A stretch of DNA of 32,000 bases from Methanocaldococcus jannaschii DSM 2661 (GTDB taxonomy: Archaea > AGJL01 > Methanococci > Methanococcales > Methanocaldococcaceae). Below are positions 18,748 through 29,777 of the stretch, one piece after another. The stretch covers positions 1,494,118 through 1,526,117 of the forward strand of contig NC_000909.1 of the NCBI RefSeq assembly GCF_000091665.1, read 5' to 3'. The notes under the pieces are model-generated. The model was not told the DNA's origin. It worked only from the letters and a program-made list of their open reading frames with translations, and did no database searches. How positions within the stretch are numbered: position 1 is the first letter of the stretch; every line of letters begins with the position of its first letter. A program made the position numbers and the translations under genes.

Positions 18748-19647
18748 ATGAAAAGGCTGTTCTTTATTTTTGTTATGCTTATTGTATTGCTGTGTGGATG
18801 CACAAGCAATAAAACAACAAATGTAAATAATGAAATAAATATAAATAAGATTGAAACGAACAAAACCTTAGAAAATGAAAGTTTAATTCAAAAAACTGAA
18901 AAAAATCAATTAGCTAAAATAAAAGAAATAAAATATATGTATATTGTCAAAGAAGGAAACAAAACAAAAATTCAGTTTGCTTTAGCTTATGAGAACGGTA
19001 GTTTAGCAAGGGTAAGTAATGGAAAGGTTGTATTGAAGATATTTGACGATAGTGGATTATTGTTTAATAAAACATACTACATTAATGAACTTCCCTTAAA
19101 AGCTGGATATTACTATGAGATTGAATTGCCAAAAATTAAAGGCTTTTATAAAAATGCAAAATTTGTATTGACATTTAAAAATGATAATGTGAATTTATCA
19201 AAAACAACCTATGGAACAATTGAAAGATATTCTGAAGAAGAAATGAAAGAAATATTTGAAAAAGAATATCATGAAAACTCAATAAAAACTAATATAGAAG
19301 AATTTAGGGATGTTGTGGGGATAAAATTCACTGTAAAAGAATATGGATATTATAAAATTTATAACAATCAAACTGACAGAATTGAAAAAGTATTTAGAGT
19401 TGATTTTGTAGCTAAAAACTTAAATCCTGACACATATGAATTTGCTCCTATAGGAGTGTGTTTAATTTCTGGAGATAAAAAATATTGGAAAATTGGAGGA
19501 CTTGATGAAATAGAAATTGGAATTAATCAAGAGATTGCGGGATATTGGATATTCAACAAACCAGATAGTATAGAAAATCTAAGATTAGATTTTAAAATGG
19601 GAAATATCGTTTATGACATCCCATTAACACAAAATAATTTAAAATAA
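18748..19647 (+). CDS. Putative secreted lipoprotein, function unknown
   Basis: Signal peptide plus lipobox-like LLCGC (MKRLFFIFVMLIVLLCGCTSN). GGTGA RBS upstream. Several N-x-S/T sequons. Confidence 0.6.
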   Translation: MKRLFFIFVMLIVLLCGCTSNKTTNVNNEININKIETNKTLENESLIQKTEKNQLAKIKEIKYMYIVKEGNKTKIQFALAYENGSLARVSNGKVVLKIFDDSGLLFNKTYYINELPLKAGYYYEIELPKIKGFYKNAKFVLTFKNDNVNLSKTTYGTIERYSEEEMKEIFEKEYHENSIKTNIEEFRDVVGIKFTVKEYGYYKIYNNQTDRIEKVFRVDFVAKNLNPDTYEFAPIGVCLISGDKKYWKIGGLDEIEIGINQEIAGYWIFNKPDSIENLRLDFKMGNIVYDIPLTQNNLK

Positions 19648-19678
19648 TTTAGTAATTCTTCTAAAAATATTTTAATTT

Positions 19679-20584
19679 TTATAATTTTTGCAAGTATTTA
19701 ATAATATTTGCCATAGCCACACACCCATCTCCTACAGCTTTAGCTACTTGCATAACCCCTCCCCTAACATCCCCTACAGCATAAATTCCATCTATATTTG
19801 TTCTACAGTTTTCATCTGTTTTGATAAATCCCTTTTTATCTAACTCTATACCACTATCCTTTAAAAATTCAGTGTTTGGAACATGTCCCAAGCTTATAAA
19901 TATCCCATCTGCTTTTATTATCTCTTCCTTTCCATTAACTGATATTTTAACTCCTTCAGCTCTTTCTTCTCCAACAATTTCCAATGGTTTGGCATTGTAT
20001 ATTATTTCAACATTGTTGGCTTCTTTAAGCTTATCTAACATTATTGACTCAGCAGCCTTTAACTCTGACTTATCAGTAATTACAATAACTTTTTTAGCAA
20101 TGTCTTTTAAATTTATAGCACTCATGATTGCTGGTGTATCCCTCCCAATCACTATAACCTCTTTATTCAAATAGAAGAAGGCATCACACATTGTACAGTA
20201 ACTAATTCCTCTTCCGATAAATTTATCTTCGTTTAAACCTAATTTTTTAGGTTTTGTCCCAGTTGCTATAACTATAGTTTTAGTTAAATACTCAGAATTT
20301 TTTGTTATAACTTTAAATGGTCTCTCTTTAGTTTCTATTTTAATGACTTCATCGTAGATTATAGGTAATTTAAACTTTTCAGCATGATTCTTAAATTTTT
20401 CAGCTAATTCATATCCTCTAATCTCTTCAAATCCAGGGTAGTTTTCTACAATACCAGCTTCAGCTATCCTACCTCCAGCATTTTCTTTTTCTATACATAG
20501 AGCATTTAACTTTCCCCTCATTGCATATATGCCAGCTGTTAATCCTCCAGGTCCAGCACCAATAATTATTGTGTCGTGAATCAT
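19679..20584 (-). CDS. trxB: Thioredoxin reductase family flavoprotein (the M. jannaschii ortholog has been reported as F420-dependent)
   Basis: [16 protein letters not shown] motif, redox-active CTMC, and the second dinucleotide motif [10 protein letters not shown]. 301 aa. Confidence 0.85.
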
Positions 20585-20588
20585 TTTT

Positions 20589-21620
20589 TCACCCCATTTT
20601 TAATATTTTAATTTTATTTATAAAGATTTCTAAACACTCTTCGCAATTTTTGTTGCAACATATCGGAGAATTTAGGAATAAAAGGTTGTGATACAATGAG
20701 CATCCCCACTTTGTTCTTGTTCTATAGGTTAGTTTTTTTATTTCCTTCTCTATATCATTGTTTAAGTAAAATATCTCGTTCTCATTTCCTTCATTCATAA
20801 TTGGTTTTAAGTTTAAAGTTGGAGGACTTCTAACAACAATTCCACTAACTTCTGAAATTTTGTTAGCTAATAACATCCCCTCAATACTTGAAACTGGCTC
20901 AACTATTGTAGAGTCATCTTTATTTATTGCTTCTGGAAGGAATGAAACTTTAATCCTCAACCAAGTTGATTCTTCAGGATTGTTTTTTATTATTTCTTTT
21001 CCTTTCTTTGAAATATTTGCATTTTCTAAGTAATATTTATAATGCTCATTACAAAGTTCTCTCAACCTTCTATCAAATGATTTTTTATGCGTTAGATAAT
21101 ATTTTGCCTTAACTTTCTTTTTGTAGTATTTTTTAAAGTTCTTTGCACTGAGTTTAGTTAATTTTAATGCCTCTTCAAAAGGTATGTTTGTCTTATATTC
21201 AACAAGTTTTGCATATTCGTAAGTTTCAATTATTATGTGGTTTTTATATCCCTTATTTGTCTCAATAGCCACTGATACATAATCTTCAAATGTTGGATGT
21301 CTTAAAAACATCTTCTTAACTTCTTCAAAATCTATATTAGGGTTGAGCTTTCTAATTTCCTTTGGTGTTAATAGGCAAGGTCCTGTTGTGATATTTTTTG
21401 AAATAAAATCTCCAACCATTCCCACAAATCTATAATAAGGCAAGGAAGTGAAGTCATAAGAAATTATTTTATTGAGCTTATACTTCTCAATAATCCTATT
21501 CCAAAATTGAGGGTAAGTGTGGTTATAATACTCCTCTCCAATATTGCAATTACAGTTGTGATAATTACATAATTTTAAATTCATTGATAAGCTCATAGCA
21601 TCACCTTGATTGTGCCACAT
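20589..21620 (-). CDS. Uncharacterized Cys-motif protein
   Basis: ORF of 343 aa (335 aa if started at the ATG at 21596, which is preceded by GGTGA at 21601-21605). Cys clusters CNYHNCNC near the N-terminus and C-x14-CC-x3-C-x2-C at the C-terminus. Its stop lies 4 nt from the trxB start. No family recognised. Confidence 0.55.
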
Positions 21621-21663
21621 CTATACACTATTATTGACCTCCTCATATTTATATTTTACCCTA

Positions 21664-22527
<864 letters not shown>

Positions 22528-22605
22528 ACAGATGGATACCTTTAAATATCTCCAAAGATATAAGATATAAACGCAGAATACTACAACAAAATTGTGGGGA
22601 TAGAT

Positions 22606-22923
22606 ATGTCAGAAGAAAAAGAAGTTAAAGAAATAAAAGTTGAGATTCCTAAAGAAATTGCTGATAAAATAGAGAAGATAACAAGTTTTTTAAATAGTTT
22701 AAAAGATAAAAAAGAAATGGTGTCAAAAGAAAAAATAGAAGAAATGTTAAAACTTATCGATGAGGTTAAAGATAAATTACCTAAATTAAATGTAGATATT
22801 GAAAAATTAGCAAAAATCTTAGAAGGTAGTGGAAGCGAGGTTAAAATTGTATTTAACAAATTGACCATTGATGGAGAAGTAGGCTTAAAAATTATCCCAT
22901 TAAAGAAAGAGAAAAAGGAATAA
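22606..22923 (+). CDS. Small K/E-rich coiled-coil protein, function unknown
   Basis: The ATG at 22606 follows GTGGGGA. 105 aa with a helical K/E-rich N-terminal part and a beta-like tail VKIVFNKLTIDGEVGLKIIPL. Confidence 0.5.
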   Translation: MSEEKEVKEIKVEIPKEIADKIEKITSFLNSLKDKKEMVSKEKIEEMLKLIDEVKDKLPKLNVDIEKLAKILEGSGSEVKIVFNKLTIDGEVGLKIIPLKKEKKE

Positions 22924-22936
22924 AATAAGTGGGACT

Positions 22937-23347
22937 TTGCTTAAAGAACTCAACTATTTATTTTTGTTTCAGAGATTGATAAAAAATGGTAGTTTAGAAA
23001 TAGCATTAACGAATATTTTTTCTTTAGGGATTAGTAGAGATTATATCACAATTAATATTGAGAATATAAAAACATTAAAAGAAATTATGGAAGCTGTTTC
23101 TTCAAAATCAGCGAATAAGAAGTTAAAAAGTTTCTTAGAAAAAATTGAGGATTTAAAGATTTTTTTATCAGAGGCTTCAAAAATAGCTGAAATTTTAGTT
23201 AATAATAGGAAAACTTTTATTTTGAAATATAAAGGTAAGGAGGTTTTAATTGTTGGTTATGATGCAAGAGGAGGAATATTTCTAAAAAATATAAAAATTA
23301 CTGACAAATTAGCTTTGATAAAAATGTTAAATGAATTCAAAAATTAG
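22937..23347 (+). CDS. Small hypothetical protein
   Basis: 136-aa ORF with a TTG start, 13 nt after the previous stop. No recognisable motif. The 3' end overlaps the convergent dadD stop by 4 nt. Confidence 0.4.
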   Translation: MLKELNYLFLFQRLIKNGSLEIALTNIFSLGISRDYITINIENIKTLKEIMEAVSSKSANKKLKSFLEKIEDLKIFLSEASKIAEILVNNRKTFILKYKGKEVLIVGYDARGGIFLKNIKITDKLALIKMLNEFKN

Positions 23348-24606
23348 CTTCTCAAAATCTCATACATTTCTTCAGCTTTTTCATAGACTTTCTCTTCATC
23401 AACAGTTAAAATCTCTCCATCCCTCATAACTATATTTCCATCTATGATGACATCATCTACAAAGCCATTAAACGCATAAACTAAATGGGACATTATATTC
23501 TCTTTTGGATACAAGTAAGGTTTATCCAAGTTTATTAAAACAATATCTGCTAAATATCCTTCTCTTATTTCTCCAGCTTTTATATTCAATGCTTTAGCCC
23601 CATTTTTAGTGGCAAAGTTAAACGCCTCTTCAGCTTTAACAACAGTTGGATTTAAATTAACTCCCTTATGTAAGATTGCAGAGACCTTTATCTCCTCAAA
23701 TAAGTTTAAGTTGTTGTTACTTCCACATCCATCAGTTCCTAAGGTAACGTTTATTCCCTCAGCCAAGAGTTTTGGAATTGGAGCTACTCCAGAAGCTAAT
23801 TTTAAGTTGCTAATTGGGTTATGAGAGACGTTTATGTTTTTTTGTTTCATTATTTTGATTTCTTCATCTGTTAAATGCACGCAGTGAGCGGCTATAGCTC
23901 TAACATCATCAAAGAAACCAAAGGAGTTTAAATAAATAAACGGCTCCATACCCGTTTTCTCTTTAACCATTTTAATCTCATCTAAGGTTTCATTTAGATG
24001 TATATGTATAGGGACGTTGTATTTTTTAGCTAAGTTATTAACTTCCATTAAAAGCTCTTTGGAGCAAGTGTATGGAGCATGAGGGCCAAGAGCTGGCATT
24101 ATTCTACTATTATTTAAGCTGTTTATGTAGTTTATATACTTCTCAGCATTTTTAAGCTCTCTCTCCCTTCTCTCCTCATCAAATAAATCAATCATTCCGT
24201 AGGCTAAAACTGCCCTCATTCCACTTTCATCAACTGCCTTAGCAATCCCTTCCAAAAAGAAATACATATCGTTAAAAGTAGTAGTTCCACTTCTAATCAT
24301 CTCAATACATCCTAATAGTGTTCCCCAATAAACAATTTCTTCATTTAACTTTGCCTCCATAGGCCAGATGTAGTTGTTTAACCACTCCATTAAAGGTAAA
24401 TCATCAGCAACTCCTCTGAATAATGTCATTGGTATGTGGGTGTGAGTATTTATCAACCCAGGGATTGCTATCTTGTTCTTTCCATCTATAATTTCAGCAT
24501 TCTCTATTTCTTCTTTTTTAACCTCTCCAATCTTTTTTATTTTATTTCCTTCAATTAGTATATCCTGTCTCTTCCCATTTACAAATACATTTTTTATCAA
24601 TATCAC
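23344..24606 (-). CDS. dadD: Amidohydrolase-family 5'-deoxyadenosine / MTA / SAH deaminase
   Basis: Metal-binding INTHTHIPMT (HxH), plus HLNET, AAHCVH and GTDGCGSNN. The GTG start is preceded by AGGTGA. 420 aa. Confidence 0.85.
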   Translation of the reverse strand: MILIKNVFVNGKRQDILIEGNKIKKIGEVKKEEIENAEIIDGKNKIAIPGLINTHTHIPMTLFRGVADDLPLMEWLNNYIWPMEAKLNEEIVYWGTLLGCIEMIRSGTTTFNDMYFFLEGIAKAVDESGMRAVLAYGMIDLFDEERRERELKNAEKYINYINSLNNSRIMPALGPHAPYTCSKELLMEVNNLAKKYNVPIHIHLNETLDEIKMVKEKTGMEPFIYLNSFGFFDDVRAIAAHCVHLTDEEIKIMKQKNINVSHNPISNLKLASGVAPIPKLLAEGINVTLGTDGCGSNNNLNLFEEIKVSAILHKGVNLNPTVVKAEEAFNFATKNGAKALNIKAGEIREGYLADIVLINLDKPYLYPKENIMSHLVYAFNGFVDDVIIDGNIVMRDGEILTVDEEKVYEKAEEMYEILRS

Positions 24607-24620
24607 TGTTTCACCTTGTA

Positions 24621-27047
24621 TTACTGTAAATTGTGGAATTTAACAAAGTAATCAAAGAATTCTTTGAATTCCTTTAATACATCTTTTCTGTAACCAATAT
24701 AGTTATGAACGATATATTTATCTTTCTCAATCTGAATGTTTTTCAAGTCTTGTGGTTCGATTATGAAATCTGTAGGGACGGTAAATATAAACAACTTCTT
24801 TCTTAAGATATCCTCTAACTGCTTTCTTAATGGTTCTATACAGTATTTAACTACTTCTTCTTTAGATGAGAGATATATGTATCCTAACTCAATAAGTTTT
24901 TCCCTATGAGCTTCCAAAGTTTTAATATAAATATTTATAACTTTATCGAACTCTTCTTTAGAAATCCAAAATGGATGTCTATTTTTAAAGAAATTAAGGC
25001 GTTCCTCTACTATTTTATGATACTTTCCTTTTTCTAATAGTTTGTATCTAACTTTTCCTTCACCATCTTTTATTTCTTCATATAAGTTATAAAGTATCCA
25101 ACTTCTAAGCATAAGAATATATGGGATGGAAGTATATTGAAGTAGAGCATAATATTTTCCAAAACTTAAAGTGTTTTGCGGGCGAATAACTTCGATATTA
25201 TATTCGTCTATTGGTATATCTTCGTATTCAGCTAAGTCGAATAATGGAATGTCCCTTAAAGCAGAGCTTAAAAGAATTACAGCGTCAGATAGTAATATCT
25301 TTCTGGTAGTTCTATCTAAAATTACTGTCCCAAACGTTTTTTCCAAGTCTTTGATTATACTCCCAATACATATGTATTTGGTGGATTTTTTAGGTTTATA
25401 AAATCTAAATGTATTGAATATATTTTCATTGTTTATGAAATATGGAGAATGTAAGATTATAAATACCTGTGAGTCAATATTCTCAGTATCTTTAAGAATC
25501 TTTGAAAATCTCTTTTGATATTTTGGGTAAAGTTGATTAAATGGAGTATCAAGTAAAATAACCTTTGACTCATACCCAAATACTAAAGTTAGAATTTCTA
25601 AGATTTTTTTCACACCAAGTCCTACCATGTTCAGAGGTATCTCAATGTCTTCTGAATATACTACAATATCTGGTTTATTATTAGCTAAAATTACATCAAA
25701 ACTAAGACTTCCACTATTAAATATATATTCAAACATCTCTTTAATTTTCATATATCTTTTTCTTAGCTTTAGATTTGCATTATTCTTTAAGTAAAACAAA
25801 TAACTGGGTATCCATTTTTCAGATGGCATGCTTAATATACCTAAATATAAATCGTCTTTTGTTGTGGATGTTTTGAATAATTCCAATATTTTAGATTTCA
25901 CATTTTTTTCTAAACTGTTATTCTTTAAACCAGCAAGTAATTCAACTATCATATAATCTGGAATCATTACTTTGCCTTCATTTGGTAAATAATCCTCATA
26001 AAATATTAGACTGTTTTCATATATTTTTAATAAAATATCATTTAGTGAGATATCACTAATTTCATATATGTCCCTATAATCAAATCCACAAAATCTTACA
26101 ATATATTTTAAATCTTCAATAATTTCTTTGTCCCATGGATTTTCTTTTGAATATTCTAAAACCTTCTTAACATATATTGACATTTTATTGGCTAAGAGTT
26201 TATCCAAAGCCAATAATACAACAAATGCTCTCAATATGTTTTTATCCATTGTTAATCTTTTAAAACAATCTTCATATTTCTCAATGTCTTTTGTAAAATC
26301 TTTCATTGAGATTTCAACAATATTTTCTATATTTCCATCTCCAATTCTTGTTGTGATATTCTCCTTACCATCAATTAATGTGCTAAAGAATAATTTCTCA
26401 TTTTTTTCATAAATTGTAATTAATGCATTTACAGATGATGTTATAATGTTTTTTAAATCATTTGTAACTTCTATAATCTCAACATTTCTGTCCAACTCAT
26501 GTATAACCTTACTATGGTCAATTAAATCTGGTGTAATCTCTGATAATTCACGTTCTTTCAAGTATATTTTTATTTTTTCAATATCTTCTTCTAAACTTCT
26601 CAATCTAAGCATAAAATATGGTCTATAGCACCTTAATTCAGAGCACTCCCAAATATATGACCCTGCTGAAAAATAATCAATAATACTATTGATAATGTTC
26701 AGCTTTAAGTTGTTACATAGTCTTATCAAATCTGGAGCATTTATTTTGAAGAAAATTTTAAGAAATTTGGCAATAACCTCTTTATCACTCTTGTCAAATA
26801 TCACATCTACCTCTATCTTTGCCGCTTTTAAATTTTTATTGTGTAAATATATTTCCAAATCTACTGCTGATATTTTCTCATTTATAATGTTTCTTAGTAA
26901 TTTTAAAACCCTAAATAAGTTTGTTTTTCCTACATTATTGGGGCCGAAGATTGTAACAACATCCCCATCCTCAAATGTTATTTTAAAATCATCAAATGAT
27001 AGTAAATTCTTAGCGGCTATTGACTTTATTTTCATAAATTTCACCAT
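24621..27047 (-). CDS. OLD/AAA_15-like ABC-type ATPase with a long helical insert and an apparently degenerate Toprim-like segment
   Basis: Walker A GPNNVGKT (nt 26922-26945). Walker B-like VILLDTPF (nt 25545-25562). H-loop-like FIILHSPYF (His codon nt 25449-25451). LSDAVILLSSALRD (nt 25251-25292) sits where OLD proteins have the Toprim VEG..E. 808 aa. Confidence 0.6.
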   Translation of the reverse strand: MVKFMKIKSIAAKNLLSFDDFKITFEDGDVVTIFGPNNVGKTNLFRVLKLLRNIINEKISAVDLEIYLHNKNLKAAKIEVDVIFDKSDKEVIAKFLKIFFKINAPDLIRLCNNLKLNIINSIIDYFSAGSYIWECSELRCYRPYFMLRLRSLEEDIEKIKIYLKERELSEITPDLIDHSKVIHELDRNVEIIEVTNDLKNIITSSVNALITIYEKNEKLFFSTLIDGKENITTRIGDGNIENIVEISMKDFTKDIEKYEDCFKRLTMDKNILRAFVVLLALDKLLANKMSIYVKKVLEYSKENPWDKEIIEDLKYIVRFCGFDYRDIYEISDISLNDILLKIYENSLIFYEDYLPNEGKVMIPDYMIVELLAGLKNNSLEKNVKSKILELFKTSTTKDDLYLGILSMPSEKWIPSYLFYLKNNANLKLRKRYMKIKEMFEYIFNSGSLSFDVILANNKPDIVVYSEDIEIPLNMVGLGVKKILEILTLVFGYESKVILLDTPFNQLYPKYQKRFSKILKDTENIDSQVFIILHSPYFINNENIFNTFRFYKPKKSTKYICIGSIIKDLEKTFGTVILDRTTRKILLSDAVILLSSALRDIPLFDLAEYEDIPIDEYNIEVIRPQNTLSFGKYYALLQYTSIPYILMLRSWILYNLYEEIKDGEGKVRYKLLEKGKYHKIVEERLNFFKNRHPFWISKEEFDKVINIYIKTLEAHREKLIELGYIYLSSKEEVVKYCIEPLRKQLEDILRKKLFIFTVPTDFIIEPQDLKNIQIEKDKYIVHNYIGYRKDVLKEFKEFFDYFVKFHNLQ

Positions 27048-27294
27048 ACTATTTAATTTTAGGATAATGCTCTCCGTGTAATTGCTAAATATCGTTTATA
27101 ACCAACATTTATGTTTTAAATTTATTTCACTATAATTTAGTTGTGTTCTAATGGTATTTAAATTCTATGTTATTATTATATGGTTTTTATAGTATCGATT
27201 TCTGAATATCAAATTAAACCGAAAACCTTAAAATAGTATTATGGCTAATAAAGGTAGCGAGTATTTAATAAAAAGAGTCTTTATGGTGATAGAA

Positions 27295-28287
27295 ATGGTT
27301 AAAATATTCTACGATAAGGATGTAACCTTTGACGCAGTTAAAGACAAAACAATAGCAGTTATTGGTTATGGAAGTCAAGGAAGAGCTCAAGCTTTAAATA
27401 TGAAGGATAGTGGTTTAAATGTTATAGTTGGTTTGAGACCAAATGGAGCATCATGGAACAAGGCAATTAAAGATGGACACAAAGTTATGACAATTGAGGA
27501 AGCAGCAGAGAAAGCAGATATCATCCACATATTAATCCCAGATGAAGTCCAGCCAGCAGTTTATAAAAAGCAGATTGAGCCTTACTTAACAGAAGGAAAA
27601 ACAATAAGCTTCTCACATGGATACAACATCCACTATGGATTTATAAGACCTCCAGAGAATGTTAATATAACAATGGTAGCTCCAAAATCACCAGGGGCAA
27701 TGGTTAGAAAAACATATGAAGAAGGATTTGGAGTTCCAGGATTGGTTGCTGTTGAGAGAGATTATACAGGAGATGCTTTACAAATTGCTTTGGGAATGGC
27801 TAAAGGTATTGGATTAACAAAAGTTGGAGTAATACAAACAACTTTTAGAGAAGAAACAGAAACAGATTTATTTGGAGAGCAAGTAGTTTTGTGTGGAGGA
27901 GTTACCGAGTTAATTAAAGCTGCGTTTGAAACATTAGTTGAAGCTGGTTACGCTCCAGAGATGGCATACTTTGAAACATGCCATGAGTTAAAGCTAATAG
28001 TTGATTTAATCTATCAAAAGGGATTACAGGGAATGTGGGAGAACGTCTCAAACACTGCTGAATATGGAGGTTTAACAAGAAGGGCAAGAGTTATAAATGA
28101 GGAGTCAAGAAAGGCAATGAAAGAGATTTTAAAAGAGATACAAGATGGAAGATTTGCAAAAGAATGGAGCTTAGAAAGAGAAGCTGGCTTCCCACACTTG
28201 AATGCTTTAAGAAGATTAGAGAAAGAGCATTTAATTGAGAAGGTTGGAAAAGAGTTAAGAAAGATGTGTGGCTTGGAGAAGGAATAA
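27295..28287 (+). CDS. ilvC: Ketol-acid reductoisomerase
   Basis: MVKIFYDKD start after GGTGA. NADPH motif [13 protein letters not shown]. Downstream class I KARI sequence ([11 protein letters not shown]). Confidence 0.9.
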   Translation: MVKIFYDKDVTFDAVKDKTIAVIGYGSQGRAQALNMKDSGLNVIVGLRPNGASWNKAIKDGHKVMTIEEAAEKADIIHILIPDEVQPAVYKKQIEPYLTEGKTISFSHGYNIHYGFIRPPENVNITMVAPKSPGAMVRKTYEEGFGVPGLVAVERDYTGDALQIALGMAKGIGLTKVGVIQTTFREETETDLFGEQVVLCGGVTELIKAAFETLVEAGYAPEMAYFETCHELKLIVDLIYQKGLQGMWENVSNTAEYGGLTRRARVINEESRKAMKEILKEIQDGRFAKEWSLEREAGFPHLNALRRLEKEHLIEKVGKELRKMCGLEKE

Positions 28288-28344
28288 TTTTTAATCTCTT
28301 TTTTATTTTATTAATTTAAAAATGTCTTTTACATTATTAAAATA

Positions 28345-29628
28345 TCAATAGGTTAAACTCCACTTCCAGAATGGAACAATCTCTATCAGATGTTCTTTAT
28401 CATCAACTGTTATTTTTTCGAATCCTTCATCGTTGTAAGTGATAATTTTTAAATTGACATTATCAAGTTTTAAATCTTTTATTGCCTTTTCATAAGCTTT
28501 GATTTCTCTTTCTTTATTGGTCTCATTTAATTCATAGCATACTTGAATTAACTCCTTATTTTCTCCAAATATTAAAAAATCAACCTCATAGTTTTTCCTT
28601 TTGACATAAAACAGATTCTCATTCTCAACAAAACCTCTCCTTCTCAACTCCAAAAATACAAGGTTTTCCAAAATTCTTCCTTTATTTTTGCTAAAACTTA
28701 AGGAGAAGTTCCACATTCCGTCAATAACATAGAGTTTTGAGTAGGATATTGTCTTAGTCTTATAAGAGAAATTATTTAATAAAAATATTAGATAGGCATC
28801 ACTAAAATACTCTAAATAGTTGTAAATGCACTCTCTACTTATTTTTGTATTAAATTCTTTGAGTAAATTGGCAATCTTTTTAATAGAAATCTCATTAGCA
28901 AATAAATTTATTAAAATGTTCCTTAAAACTTTAATTTCCTTTATATTTCTAATGCTATGCCTCTCAACAACATCCCTATAAAATATGCCGTCCAAATATT
29001 CTTTAAGAATTTCTTTTTTAATGTTTTCATCATCTATTAAAGTTATTTCTGGAAAACCACCAAATTTAATGAATTCGTTTAGATACTTCAGCAACTCTGC
29101 CTTTTCAATTGTGGAATACCTCTTCTTAACATTAAAATTCTTAAATTTCAAAAATTCCTTAAAGTTTAATGGTAATATTTCAGTTTTTAAATTTCTTCCT
29201 CTCAAAGAAGTGGCAATTTCTTTTGATAATAATTTAGAAGATGAACCAGTTATAAAAATGTTGAAACCACTATCATTTAGCCTTCTAACAAATTTATCCC
29301 AATTATCAACACTCTGAATCTCATCAAAAAATAGGTTTTTTGTGTTTTTTATAGACAATGCAATCTTTAAGAGTTCATTTAACTCATCTAAAGCTATATT
29401 TATTAATCTTTCATCCTCAAAATTTATATAGATGAAATCATCCTTAAAATGCTTGTTTATAATTTGAAATAAGAAATATGTCTTTCCTCCTCTCCTCACA
29501 CCATAGATAACCTTTATTTTGTTAGGGATGAGTTTTATTTCAATATCTCTATTAATTACCTTTGCTTTCTTTGCAATCTCTAAGTTGTCTAATATAACTT
29601 CTTCAAATAGTATCTTTTTGTCTATCAT
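28345..29628 (-). CDS. AAA+ ATPase with DUF4143 and a C-terminal PD-(D/E)xK-like tail (COG1373-type)
   Basis: Walker A GVRRGGKT (nt 29479-29502), Walker B LFFDEIQ, GSSSKLLSKEIATSLRGR, and C-terminal YEVDFLIF..ELIQVCYE. I prefer the ATG at 29628. The TTG at 29670 is the longest-ORF alternative. Confidence 0.75.
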   Translation of the reverse strand: MIDKKILFEEVILDNLEIAKKAKVINRDIEIKLIPNKIKVIYGVRRGGKTYFLFQIINKHFKDDFIYINFEDERLINIALDELNELLKIALSIKNTKNLFFDEIQSVDNWDKFVRRLNDSGFNIFITGSSSKLLSKEIATSLRGRNLKTEILPLNFKEFLKFKNFNVKKRYSTIEKAELLKYLNEFIKFGGFPEITLIDDENIKKEILKEYLDGIFYRDVVERHSIRNIKEIKVLRNILINLFANEISIKKIANLLKEFNTKISRECIYNYLEYFSDAYLIFLLNNFSYKTKTISYSKLYVIDGMWNFSLSFSKNKGRILENLVFLELRRRGFVENENLFYVKRKNYEVDFLIFGENKELIQVCYELNETNKEREIKAYEKAIKDLKLDNVNLKIITYNDEGFEKITVDDKEHLIEIVPFWKWSLTY

Positions 29629-29777
29629 ACTTGACACTCTTAATATTTTTATGTCTAATATATTAGACAAAGTATTTAAATCTTCTCTTTACAATATCCG
29701 ACAATAAACATAATGCATTTCAACAAAATCAAAAACTTTATATAATATTGACATTTTATTTTTATTTTGTGATTAAT

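Noticed and set aside
26689-27081. Long antisense ORFs (e.g. 26689-27081, 19821-20174, 28985-29317, 2320-2655, 2558-2878, 1243-1539)
   Set aside because: These are shadow ORFs on the strand opposite well-supported K/E-rich genes. Their translations are S/F/I/L-rich and low complexity, with no motifs and no RBS.
27241-27294. N-terminal extensions of ilvC (27241) and, likewise, mer (17656)
   Set aside because: The conserved N-termini MVKIFYDKD (ilvC) and MKFGIEFVP (mer) start at internal ATG/GTG codons directly preceded by GGTGA-type RBS. The longer ORFs are artefacts of stop-poor AT-rich leaders.
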